From Eubacteriales bacterium (GTDB lineage: Bacteria > Bacillota > Clostridia > Oscillospirales > CAG-272), in the NCBI GenBank assembly GCA_045577755.1, contig JAZNJA010000090.1, forward strand, positions 2,144 through 66,143: a stretch of 64,000 nucleotides of DNA. The letters run 5' to 3'. This document shows, one piece after another, positions 17,884-26,487 of this stretch; within the stretch, counting starts at the first letter, position 1, and each line of letters begins with the position of its first letter. The notes under the pieces are model-generated. The model was not told the DNA's origin and searched no databases. It saw nothing but the letters and a program-made list of their open reading frames with translations. The translations under genes were made by a program, and so were the position numbers.

Positions 17884-19506
17884 ATGACCGACAACCGCCG
17901 CCTCGCCGAGACCTACGGCCAGGAATACATGGGCAAGATCTTTTACTACTGCCTCCGCAAAACGGGGGATTCCCATGAGGCCGAGGAGCTGGCGTCCGAC
18001 ATTACGCTTCAGATCCTGACCGCCCTTCACGAGGGCGTGGAGATCCTGAGCTTCCCCGCCTGGGTATGGCAGATCGCGCGCAACCGCTATGCCCTGTGGG
18101 CCAAGACCAACCGCCGCCGCGGGGAAAACGAGTCCTTCATTGACCCCGACGATCCCGAGACCGAAAACATCCTCACCGCGGGGGGCTATAACACCACCCC
18201 ATCCGTGGCTGAGGCATACGCCCGCGACGAGGAGATGGCCGTCCTGCGCCGTGAGCTGGCCTTTCTGGGTCGTGACTATCGTGAGATCGTGGTATCCTAC
18301 TATATCGAGGACAGATCGGTGGGGGATATCGCCCGCGCCCTGGGTCAACCCGAGGGCACGGTGAAATCCCGTCTGTTCCGCTCCCGTAATCTTCTCAAGG
18401 AGGGAATGAAAATGGCAAGAGAATTTGGACCCAAGAGTTATAAGCCCGAGGAGGTGCGCTTCGTATCCAGCGGAGGCCAGATCAGCGGTCTGCCCTGGTC
18501 GGCTGTTCAGCGTATGCTCCCCAAGAATATCCTGCTGGAAGCAGGCAACAACCCGTCTACCGCAGAGGAGCTTTCGGTGGCCGTAGGCGTGGCGATGCCC
18601 TACATGGAGGAGGAGATCGCCGCCCTTGTGGACGCGGGGCTTCTCAAGGAGGTGGGCAACCGCTACGTCACCAACTTCTTCATCGAGAGCCGCGACTTGC
18701 AGGTAGCCATCCGCAACGAGCTACTGCTCATGACCCGTGACTGGGCGGAGCGGTACAATGCCCTGATGGACAAAGCCATCCCCATCTACCGCAAGGGATG
18801 CTTCATCCCCGAGGCCATGACCGACAGGGACTTGAAGTGGCACCTGGCCCTGGAGCTGCTGGATCAGCTGGTCCATAACTGTAAGGGCCACACCCACGAT
18901 TTCCCCGTGAAGCACAAGCACCCCGAAGACAGCTGGGGCTTCATCGGCTACGAGGGAGAGGGCATCGAGGAAGAGTGGTTCGTGGGACAGACCGGCTCCA
19001 TGATGGAGACCGGCACCCAGTTCTGGAGCTACCAGATCGGCAAGTGGGATATGTGGAACCGCGCCGCCACTTGGAACTCCCCCGCCATCAAGCTCATCGG
19101 CGACATGATCCGCGAGGGCAGACGGGCGGACACCCTGACCCCCACCGAGCAGGAGATCTTCGACCGCCGCAACCCCTACACCTTCTCCATCAGCGAGGAA
19201 GGCCGTGTGATCCCCAACATCATCACCTTCCGCGGCGAGGAAAAGGAGGCCATCCGCCGAGAGATCGCCGCCCTGCCCGAGTATGCTTCCCTCCAGGAGG
19301 CCGTCCAAGCCGTCTTTGACCGCGTGGTGGCTATGCTCCGCCGCGAGGGCCACGCCGTTCTGGAGGATCAGCTCCCCTACTGCGCCTCCTCCACCATGTG
19401 GAAGATCCGCGGTATCCTGCTGGATTCCATGGTGGACAAGGGTATTCTCGAGATCCCCGCCGAGCCCGCCATCAGTACGGTGGCCATGGCGCTGACCGTC
19501 CGGTAA
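17884..19506 (+). CDS. ECF-like sigma-70 family factor with an approximately 350-aa C-terminal extension (540 aa)
   Basis: ATG 17884 lies 9 nt after AAAGGAG. Region 2 (FPAWVWQIARNRYALW) and region 4 HTH (RSVGDIARALGQPEGTVKSRLFRSRNLLKEG) are followed by a long soluble extension with no TM helix. Confidence 0.8.
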   Translation: MTDNRRLAETYGQEYMGKIFYYCLRKTGDSHEAEELASDITLQILTALHEGVEILSFPAWVWQIARNRYALWAKTNRRRGENESFIDPDDPETENILTAGGYNTTPSVAEAYARDEEMAVLRRELAFLGRDYREIVVSYYIEDRSVGDIARALGQPEGTVKSRLFRSRNLLKEGMKMAREFGPKSYKPEEVRFVSSGGQISGLPWSAVQRMLPKNILLEAGNNPSTAEELSVAVGVAMPYMEEEIAALVDAGLLKEVGNRYVTNFFIESRDLQVAIRNELLLMTRDWAERYNALMDKAIPIYRKGCFIPEAMTDRDLKWHLALELLDQLVHNCKGHTHDFPVKHKHPEDSWGFIGYEGEGIEEEWFVGQTGSMMETGTQFWSYQIGKWDMWNRAATWNSPAIKLIGDMIREGRRADTLTPTEQEIFDRRNPYTFSISEEGRVIPNIITFRGEEKEAIRREIAALPEYASLQEAVQAVFDRVVAMLRREGHAVLEDQLPYCASSTMWKIRGILLDSMVDKGILEIPAEPAISTVAMALTVR

Positions 19507-19518
19507 AGGAGGACAAAT

Positions 19519-19794
19519 ATGGAAGAGACCAAGCTGACCGCCCAAGAGATCTTCACCCAGATCGCCGTCCTGCAAAAGCACCTGACCGAGGAGGACGGAA
19601 GCTCCCTCCGTCACCTGACCAACGCCCTCGCCATGCTGGACGGGGAGGAGGACGAGAAAGACCGAAGCGAGTCCCGTAAAGCGCAGGTAGAGGCCGTGTG
19701 CGATGTCTTCAAGACCCGCGAGCTGAACTTCATGGAGATGCTGGAGCTGTATAAGAGGATGTACGACGATCTGTCCAAGGATGAGGATAACTGA
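19519..19794 (+). CDS. small acidic hypothetical protein (91 aa)
   Basis: AAAGGAGG RBS, 12 nt after the sigma stop. Helical, Glu/Asp-rich sequence. Confidence 0.55.
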   Translation: MEETKLTAQEIFTQIAVLQKHLTEEDGSSLRHLTNALAMLDGEEDEKDRSESRKAQVEAVCDVFKTRELNFMEMLELYKRMYDDLSKDEDN

Positions 19795-19811
19795 CCCATT
19801 CCCATAGCAAA

Positions 19812-19838
19812 ACCCACCCGCCATGCAGACGGGTGGGT
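19812..19838. terminator. bidirectional hairpin between convergent genes
   Basis: CCCACCCG, 9-nt loop, CGGGTGGG, with U-rich flanks on both strands. Confidence 0.6.
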
Positions 19839-19843
19839 CATTT

Positions 19844-20884
19844 TCATGCCATTTTCTTCTTTTCGCGGATATACCTGACCCCCATCTGCCCGAGGTACAC
19901 CGTCTCGTAAATGACAAAGGAAATCAAAAACACCGCCAGCGATTGTAGGTAGAGATTCTCCATCTCCACGAACCGCGAAAGCGTCACCGCTACCGCCATG
20001 TGGAGTATGTAGACGTAGAAGGGCGCGGATTTGCCGATCCACTTGTAGTAGAAGCCGCACTCGGCGCGGCGGATGCAGAGGAAGAATTGGAGCAGGCACA
20101 CGGCGGCAAGGACACCGCTGACGTACATCTCGATCTTGCAGTTGGGGGTGCGCCACAGGGAGTCCTCCACCATCTGCAAGGCGAAAAATCCCACGCCCAG
20201 CACGCCGTAGATGATCTGTGCCAAACGGCTACGGGGCCACTTGATCCCCGCCAGCAGATACCCCAGACCGAAGCAGGGCAGGCCGAAGAACCAGGCGTTG
20301 CGCATGTACCGCATCTGCACCGAGGTCTCGGGCTGGAAGAAGTAGACCCCCGCCGTAAAGAAGAAGTAGCAGACGAAGCACACGGGAACCATCCACTTGT
20401 ACCACCACAGCTTCCCGCTCTTCGCCAGCAGGTAGTGAACCAGGGACACGGTGAACAGGGCGATGAGGAACCACATCTGCGCGCCCACGGTGTAGTAGGG
20501 AATGGGGGCGTTCTCAAAGAAGAAGCGGAACCAGAACAGGGAGGGGTCGTCGTAGAACAGGGTGGTCAGCAGCCAGCCCACGCTGGTGCCGTCTACAAGG
20601 TAGGCGATGACCTCATACACCGAATGGATGGCGATGCCCACCGCCATGTAGGTGGCGCACCGACGGATGAAGCCGGGGGCGCGGCCCTTGGCCTTGTCGG
20701 GATCGGGGGTGTAGAGGAAATACCCGCTGATCAGAAAGAACATGGGCACCGACAGGCGGTACAGGGGGTAGATGGGGTAGTCCATCTGCACCAGATGGAT
20801 GCAGATAACCATGTAGCAGAGGAAGAATTTGAAGAGATCGAGGTATACGTTGCGCCCCGAGGGCTTGGCTTGAGCGACGGTCAT
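19844..20884 (-). CDS. acyltransferase family 3 integral membrane protein (346 aa)
   Basis: Start trimmed to MTVAQAKPSGRNVYLDLFKFFLCYMVICIHL (AAGGAGG RBS). About 10 TM helices; the N-terminal RN.Y.D..K motif is typical of Acyl_transf_3. Confidence 0.8.
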   Translation of the reverse strand: MTVAQAKPSGRNVYLDLFKFFLCYMVICIHLVQMDYPIYPLYRLSVPMFFLISGYFLYTPDPDKAKGRAPGFIRRCATYMAVGIAIHSVYEVIAYLVDGTSVGWLLTTLFYDDPSLFWFRFFFENAPIPYYTVGAQMWFLIALFTVSLVHYLLAKSGKLWWYKWMVPVCFVCYFFFTAGVYFFQPETSVQMRYMRNAWFFGLPCFGLGYLLAGIKWPRSRLAQIIYGVLGVGFFALQMVEDSLWRTPNCKIEMYVSGVLAAVCLLQFFLCIRRAECGFYYKWIGKSAPFYVYILHMAVAVTLSRFVEMENLYLQSLAVFLISFVIYETVYLGQMGVRYIREKKKMA

Positions 20885-21014
20885 GTCGTCGTTCCTCCTT
20901 GTGCAAATATCCGCCGCTCGGATCACGCGGGTGGGGGGCGATTCGGGCGGCGGTATGGATCTGCTATGGAATTGCGGGGGGATCTGCGGGGATGCGCGTG
21001 GATGTGCGGTGGAT

Positions 21015-21887
21015 TCAGCGGATGGAAAACACCTTTTCGGCGTTCTCCGAAAGAATCATGCGGTTTTCTGCGTCGGTCAGCCCCATCTCAAAGAAGACGG
21101 CCAGATCGTCGGCCTGGGACCACATGGGGTAGTCGGTGCCGAACAGCACCTTCTCCGCGCCCCATCGGCGGATGAGAGCGGCGGTATGGGCAGGGGTCAG
21201 GGAGGTGACGTGAGGCTCAATGCCGTAGTCCTTCACCGCCGTGGCCATGCTGGAGGAGGTGTCCACATAGAGGTTTTTGAAGTCGGAGAGCCTGTCGCAA
21301 GCGTAGTCCCAGTTGGCCCAGCCTCCCATGTGGGCGCCCACCACCGTAAGGGTGGGGAAGTCGGTCAGTACGCGGTAGAGGCGGTCGGGATGGGAGTAGT
21401 CGAAGCGGGGATCCCCCATGTGCATGAGGATGGGGAGGCCATGCTCCGCGCAGAGCGTATAAATGAGGTAGGCGCGCTCATCGTCGATATGGAACTTCTG
21501 CATATCGGGATGGAGCTTGACCCCGTGGAGGCCGTGGGAGACAATATCCTCCACCGCCCCCTTCAAGTCGGGATGATCGGGGTGGAGAGTCCCCAGCCCC
21601 GTCAGCTTGCCGCTGTTTCCTTGGCTCTCGGCCTCGGATATGTCCGCGGCAATAGCTGCAGCGATGAAGCGGTTGATGGACTCCACGTGATGGGGGGTGG
21701 AGGCCACCGACTGGATCACGTAGCCGTCAACTCCTGCCGCTCCGCCAACCATCAGCAGGTCGGGTACGGTTCCCTGCCCGTGGGCGTGGGTATTGTAGAA
21801 ATGATCGGTAGACTCCACCGCACGGGCCGCGATCTTCTCGGGGTACACGTGGCAATGGGAGTCGATAACGGAATATTGACGTATCAT
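21015..21887 (-). CDS. amidohydrolase-2 family metal-dependent hydrolase (TIM barrel), 290 aa
   Basis: N-terminal VIDSHCHVYP (HxH metal motif) with later conserved His/Asp residues (e.g. LMHMGDP, GTDYPMW). Confidence 0.8.
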   Translation of the reverse strand: MIRQYSVIDSHCHVYPEKIAARAVESTDHFYNTHAHGQGTVPDLLMVGGAAGVDGYVIQSVASTPHHVESINRFIAAAIAADISEAESQGNSGKLTGLGTLHPDHPDLKGAVEDIVSHGLHGVKLHPDMQKFHIDDERAYLIYTLCAEHGLPILMHMGDPRFDYSHPDRLYRVLTDFPTLTVVGAHMGGWANWDYACDRLSDFKNLYVDTSSSMATAVKDYGIEPHVTSLTPAHTAALIRRWGAEKVLFGTDYPMWSQADDLAVFFEMGLTDAENRMILSENAEKVFSIR

Positions 21888-21898
21888 AGTGCTTGGTT

Positions 21899-22008
21899 AA
21901 GATACAAAGATACAAGATACGAGATACAAGATAGAGGCGGTTCTCCGGCCATTTTCTATCTTGTATCTTGTATCTGCCGAGCCCTGCTCGGCGTGTATCT
22001 TGTATCTC
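21899..22008. repeat. GATACAA heptad repeats arranged as a long palindrome
   Basis: Left arm GATACAAAGATACAAGATACGAGATACAAGATAG. Right arm CTATCTTGTATCTTGTATC. An embedded GC hairpin GCCGAGC-CCT-GCTCGGC, then TATCTTGTATC again. Confidence 0.7.
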
Positions 22009-22021
22009 TTTTTGTCCTATT

Positions 22022-24538
22022 TTATTTTTTCAGCCCCAGTCTCTCGGCGGCCTCTTCCCTCATCTTGTACTTGAGGATCTTACCCGCGGCGTTCATGGGG
22101 AACTTCTCCACGAAGTCGATATAGCGGGGCACCTTGTGGCGGGCCATGTGGTCCAGGATGTACTGCTTCATCTCCTCCACGGTCATGGTCTCACCCTCAC
22201 GGAGGATGATGCAGGCCATGATCTCCTCGCCGTACTGCTTATCGGGCACGCCGATGACCTGGACGTCCCGCACCTTGGGATGGGTGTAGATGAACTCCTC
22301 GATCTCCTTGGGGTAGATGTTCTCACCGCCACGGATGATCATGTCCTTCAGGCGGCCCGTGATGAGGTAGTTCCCGTCGGGACGGCGGCAGGCCAGGTCA
22401 CCCGTGTGGAGCCAGCCGTCGTCGTCGATGGTCTCGGCGGTGGCGGCGGGCATCTTGTAGTAGCCCTTCATGATGTTGTAGCCGCGGGCCACGAACTCAC
22501 CGTTGACCCCGTCGGGGCAGTCCAGACCCGTCTCGGGGTCGATGATCTTGCACTCCACGTTGGCAAAGGCGGAGCCCACGGTCTCGGTGCGGACCTCCAG
22601 GCTGTCGTAGTAGCTGGACATGGTACAGCCGGGGGCGGCCTCGGTCTGACCGTAGACCGACACGATCTCCCGCATATTCATGACCTCGGGCTGTGCGGCC
22701 TTCTTCATCAGATCCGCGGGGCAGTTGGCGCCCGCCATGATGCCGATTCTCATGTAGGAGAAGTCGGTCTTGGCAAAGTCCTCGTGCTGCATCATAGCGA
22801 TGAACATGGTGGGCACGCCGTTGAAGGCGGTGATGTGCTCGTTGTGGACGCAGGCCAGAGCGGGCTTGGGGGAGAAGTAGGGCAGGGGGTACATGGTGGT
22901 ACCGTGGGTCATGGAGGCGGTCATGGACAGCACCATGCCGAAGCAATGGAACATGGGGACTTGGATCATCATGCGATCGGCGGTGGACAGCTCCATGTGG
23001 TCGCCGATGTACTTACCGTTGTTGACCACGTTGTAGTGGGTCAGCATGACGCCCTTGGGGAAGCCCGTGGTGCCCGAGGTGTACTGCATATTGCAGACGT
23101 CGTCCTTGTGAACGGCGGCGGCCATGCGGTGGACCTCCTCCACAGGGACCTGGACTGAACGAGCCACAGCCTCGTGCCACTCCATACAGCCCTTCTGGCG
23201 GTAGCCTACGGTGATGACGTTGCGCAAGAAGGGCAGACGGCGGGCGTGGAGGGGGGTGCCGGGGCGGAGGGTCTCCAGCTCGGGGCAAAGCTCGGCCACG
23301 ATCTTACCGTAATGGCAGTCCTTGGCTCCCTCGGTCATGATGAGGGTATGGGTATCCGACTGGCGGAGCAGGTACTCCACCTCGTGGATCTTGTAGGCGG
23401 TATTGACGGTGACCAGCACCGCGCCCAGCTTGACGGTAGCCCAGAAGGCGATGTACCACTGGGGGACGTTGGAGGCCCAGACCGCCACGTGGGTACCGGC
23501 CTTCACACCCATGGAGATCAGGGCGCGGGCGAAGGTGTCCACGTCGTCGCGGAACTCGGAATAGGTGCGGGTGTAGTCCAGGGTGGTATACTTGAAGGCG
23601 TACTGATCGGGGAACTCCTCCACCATGCGGTCCAGCACCTGGGAGAAGGTGAGATCAATGAGCTGATCCTTTTCCCAGACGTACTCGCCCGTGTGAGCGC
23701 GGTTGAAGTAGAGGGTGCGGCGCTTCTTGGAGGGATCGTCAAACTGCTTCATGAAGCTGCCGAACTGGGAGAGGATGATCTCCATATCATCCAGCTCCTC
23801 GCACCACCGGGGATCCCAGACCAGGGAGATGTAGCCGTCGTAGTTCACCGAGCGCAGAGCCAGCATGATCTCGGAGATGGGCAATTCACCCTCGCCCGCC
23901 AGGCAGAACTCCAGGCCGTCCTCGGTTCTGCGGGTGTCGCAGAAGTGGACGTGACGGACGTAGGCACCCAGATTCTTGATGATCTCCTCGGGAGTCTCAC
24001 CGCCACCGAAGTTGGCGGCGGACAGCTGCCACAGAGCGCCGAAGCTGTCGCTGGCAAAGCGGTCCAAGAGGTCGCGGAGGGCCACCGACTTGCAGAACAG
24101 ACCCGAGGTCTCCATGAGGAGACACACCCCGCCTGCCTCGGCCTCGGGGAGGACACGGGCAATCAGAGCGGCCACGTTCTCGATGGCGGCCTCCACCTCT
24201 CCCTCGGGAGCGGCGGCGGTGCGGAGACGGATATTGGGGATATGGAGGCTCTCCGCCACGTCCATGCAATGGAGGATCTCGGCCTCGGCCTCGGCAGCGG
24301 TGGCAGCGTCCGAGGGATCAATGAGGCAGTCAATACAGGGGACGGTCAGCTTCTTCTCATAGAGACGGCGGAGGGTAGCGGCGGCGGCATAGTCGTAAAA
24401 CGCGCCGTCACGGCTGACGAACATGGGGCCGTGGATGTTGTGGATCTCCACGCCGGCATAGCCCAGAGAGGAGGCCATGTCGCAGAACTCGTCGAAGGTA
24501 TGATTATGCCACCCTTTGGTGGAAAAAGAGAGTTTCAT
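22022..24538 (-). CDS. fusion protein: N-terminal xylose-isomerase-like TIM barrel (sugar phosphate isomerase/epimerase family) plus C-terminal AMP-dependent acyl-CoA synthetase/ligase (838 aa)
   Basis: Residues 1-~275, MKLSFSTKGWHNHTFDEFCDMASSLGYAGVEIHN..., look like an AP_endonuc_2-type barrel. From about residue 290: FadD-like adenylating enzyme (YTSGTTGFPKGVMLTH, GEFVARGYNIMKGYY, TGDL, PMNAAGKILK). Confidence 0.85.
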   Translation of the reverse strand: MKLSFSTKGWHNHTFDEFCDMASSLGYAGVEIHNIHGPMFVSRDGAFYDYAAAATLRRLYEKKLTVPCIDCLIDPSDAATAAEAEAEILHCMDVAESLHIPNIRLRTAAAPEGEVEAAIENVAALIARVLPEAEAGGVCLLMETSGLFCKSVALRDLLDRFASDSFGALWQLSAANFGGGETPEEIIKNLGAYVRHVHFCDTRRTEDGLEFCLAGEGELPISEIMLALRSVNYDGYISLVWDPRWCEELDDMEIILSQFGSFMKQFDDPSKKRRTLYFNRAHTGEYVWEKDQLIDLTFSQVLDRMVEEFPDQYAFKYTTLDYTRTYSEFRDDVDTFARALISMGVKAGTHVAVWASNVPQWYIAFWATVKLGAVLVTVNTAYKIHEVEYLLRQSDTHTLIMTEGAKDCHYGKIVAELCPELETLRPGTPLHARRLPFLRNVITVGYRQKGCMEWHEAVARSVQVPVEEVHRMAAAVHKDDVCNMQYTSGTTGFPKGVMLTHYNVVNNGKYIGDHMELSTADRMMIQVPMFHCFGMVLSMTASMTHGTTMYPLPYFSPKPALACVHNEHITAFNGVPTMFIAMMQHEDFAKTDFSYMRIGIMAGANCPADLMKKAAQPEVMNMREIVSVYGQTEAAPGCTMSSYYDSLEVRTETVGSAFANVECKIIDPETGLDCPDGVNGEFVARGYNIMKGYYKMPAATAETIDDDGWLHTGDLACRRPDGNYLITGRLKDMIIRGGENIYPKEIEEFIYTHPKVRDVQVIGVPDKQYGEEIMACIILREGETMTVEEMKQYILDHMARHKVPRYIDFVEKFPMNAAGKILKYKMREEAAERLGLKK

Positions 24539-24563
24539 GGTAATTTCCTGCTTTCAGAAAGGA

Positions 24564-25946
24564 TCAGACGGACTGCTCGAAGACAATCTTGTTGACGGCG
24601 CTGAGGTAGGCGCGAATGGAAGCACCGATGATGTCGGTGGAGATACCCGTACCGGCGTAGAGCTTGCCCTCGGCGCGAAGCTTCACCAGAGCCGAGCCCA
24701 TGGCCTCCTTGCCCTCGGTGACGGCCTGGATCTGGAAATCGTCCAGCTCAAAGTGACATCCCATGATCTGCTCCAGCGCCTTGATCGCGGCGTCGATGGG
24801 GCCGTCTCCCATGGAGATGCCCTGGAGCTGCTCTCCCTTCTTGTCCAGCACGATCTGGGCAGAGGCGGCGAGAGCGTTTCCGCCCGAGCTGTTGACCATG
24901 TAGCTGACCAGCGTGTAGGTGGGAGGCACCTGCATAGCCACGCCCGAGACAATGGCCTCCAGCTCCTTGGCCCCCACGGTCTTCTTGGCGGCCACGCGGA
25001 CGAACTCGTTGTACACGGCCTCCACGTCCTCCTCGGACAGGTCGTAGCCCAGCTTGGCCACGGCGGCGGATACGGCATCCTTGTCATCCTGAGCGTCCAG
25101 AGTAAAGCCGCTCTCGGAGGGGGAGGCGATATTGACCGAAGCGGCGCGGTCGATGCCCTTCCCCGCTACCACGCGGGAGATCTGGCGGAGGATGCGGTGG
25201 TACTCGGTGAGCTGGAGCCCTGCGGTGAAGCCGTAGTGGTTGCCGCAGTTGCGGATGATGCCGCAGAAGTCCTCCAGAGACACGCAGGCGCCCTCCACGG
25301 CGGTCTTGACGGTGTCGGCACCCATGCGGACGGCCAGGATGGCGGCGGCGGCGGCCATGGCGTTCTTGTCATCGCAGGAGACCCCCACGGGGACGGTCAC
25401 GGTGTCCATGACCCCCTTCACGAAGGCGGCGAACTCATCGGGCATCTTCTCCCCCGTGCTGTCGCAGACGGTAACGGCGGTAGCCCCCGCCTCCACGGCG
25501 GCGGTGAGGACGGCGGTCAGGAAGGCGGGCTCGGCGCGGGTGGCATCCACGGCGCAGAACTCCACGTCGGCGCAGACCGCCTTGGCTTTCGCCACGGTAG
25601 CGGAGACCCACTCGATCATCTTGGGAGGCTTCTTATGGGCGCTATACTCCATGCCCACGGGGGACACGGGCACCTCCACGCGGAGGCGGGGGTGCTTGGC
25701 GGCGGAGATCGCCTGTACAGCGTGGTCGAAGCTCTCGGCGGTCATGCCCACGCAGACCGACAAGACACCGGCCCCCGCGAAGGAGGAGGCGGTGCGGACG
25801 AAGAGGATATCGGTCTTGGGGTTATCAATGGCGGGCAGCTCGATGACGTCTACCTTCAGCTTTTCCAGCTGGCGGCAGATCTCGATCTTTTCCTTGAAGC
25901 TGAAGGCGCAGTTTTCACGGCACAGGGTACGGTCGGCGATTCTCAT
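24564..25946 (-). CDS. 2-isopropylmalate synthase/homocitrate synthase-family protein with degenerate catalytic motifs and an intact LeuA-type C-terminal regulatory domain (460 aa)
   Basis: HMGL-like barrel plus LeuA_dimer-like C-terminus (GDGPIDAAIKALEQI...AVTEGKEAMGSALVKL). The N-terminal motif is IADRTLCRENC rather than DTTLRDGEQ, and VSCDDKNAMAAA replaces the HxHND metal site. Confidence 0.8.
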   Translation of the reverse strand: MRIADRTLCRENCAFSFKEKIEICRQLEKLKVDVIELPAIDNPKTDILFVRTASSFAGAGVLSVCVGMTAESFDHAVQAISAAKHPRLRVEVPVSPVGMEYSAHKKPPKMIEWVSATVAKAKAVCADVEFCAVDATRAEPAFLTAVLTAAVEAGATAVTVCDSTGEKMPDEFAAFVKGVMDTVTVPVGVSCDDKNAMAAAAAILAVRMGADTVKTAVEGACVSLEDFCGIIRNCGNHYGFTAGLQLTEYHRILRQISRVVAGKGIDRAASVNIASPSESGFTLDAQDDKDAVSAAVAKLGYDLSEEDVEAVYNEFVRVAAKKTVGAKELEAIVSGVAMQVPPTYTLVSYMVNSSGGNALAASAQIVLDKKGEQLQGISMGDGPIDAAIKALEQIMGCHFELDDFQIQAVTEGKEAMGSALVKLRAEGKLYAGTGISTDIIGASIRAYLSAVNKIVFEQSV

Positions 25947-25974
25947 GGGAAGTCTCCTTATTCAAATTATATTG

Positions 25975-26051
25975 GGGCTCTGCCCCAAGCCCCGCACGAA
26001 ACCCTTTTTGAAAAAAGTGTTTCGTGGCTTCCCAAAAACTTTTGGAAAAGG
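25975..26051. repeat. intergenic palindromic repeat, family 2, between the T-box terminator and the start codon
   Basis: GGGGCTCTGCCCC; hairpin CACGAAAC...GTTTCGTG enclosing CTTTTTGAAAAAAG; CCCAAAAACTTTTGG. Related modules at 1561-1590 and 27635-27744. Confidence 0.4.
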
Positions 26052-26079
26052 CTCTTGCAGAGTTATGAAACGTATGACC

Positions 26080-26350
26080 AAAACAAAAACCCCGAATGTA
26101 CAAACGTACATCCGAGGACGAAATTCATTCGCGGTACCACCTCGGTTATCTCAAAGCGAGATCACCTTATCGGAGCCCATCAGCTCCTCTGTCTTGTAAC
26201 GGGACAAACCGGAGAGACTTACTTCTTTCGGTTGGGTCTCTCTGCTCGGGAATGAGACTTACTTCACCCTCTCTATCGGCTCGCACCAACCGCCGACTCT
26301 CTGAAAGCAGGACAGGCAAAGAATAATTCCTTCATTGCATTTCTGTGATG
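26080..26350 (-). promoter_or_regulatory. T-box riboswitch leader 1 (inferred Leu specifier CUC)
   Basis: Minus-strand RNA has AGAGAG, a distal loop GGUUGGUGCGA, the T-box sequence GGUGGUACCGCG (26142..26131), and a terminator CCUCGGAUGUAC-GUUU-GUACAUUCGGGG followed by UUUUUGUUUU (26117..26080). Specifier slot CUC-A at 26256..26253. Confidence 0.8.
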
Positions 26351-26356
26351 TGGTGT

Positions 26357-26385
26357 ATTATAGCACACTTTTCCCTCTTTGTCAA
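26357..26385 (-). promoter_or_regulatory. consensus sigma-A promoter driving T-box 1
   Basis: Minus strand: TTGACA, 17 nt, TGC-TATAAT (extended -10). Confidence 0.7.
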
Positions 26386-26446
26386 GGGGTTTCGCGATAT
26401 TTTCGGCAACTTTTTATCCAAGTAAAATGTATTTGATGGAGAAAGG

Positions 26447-26472
26447 AAAACCGCGCCACAAGGCGCGGTTTT
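26447..26472. terminator. rho-independent terminator after ilvE (symmetric A/T flanks)
   Basis: AAAACCGCGCC-ACAA-GGCGCGGTTTT. Confidence 0.75.
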
Positions 26473-26487
26473 CGCGTAGAAAATTGA

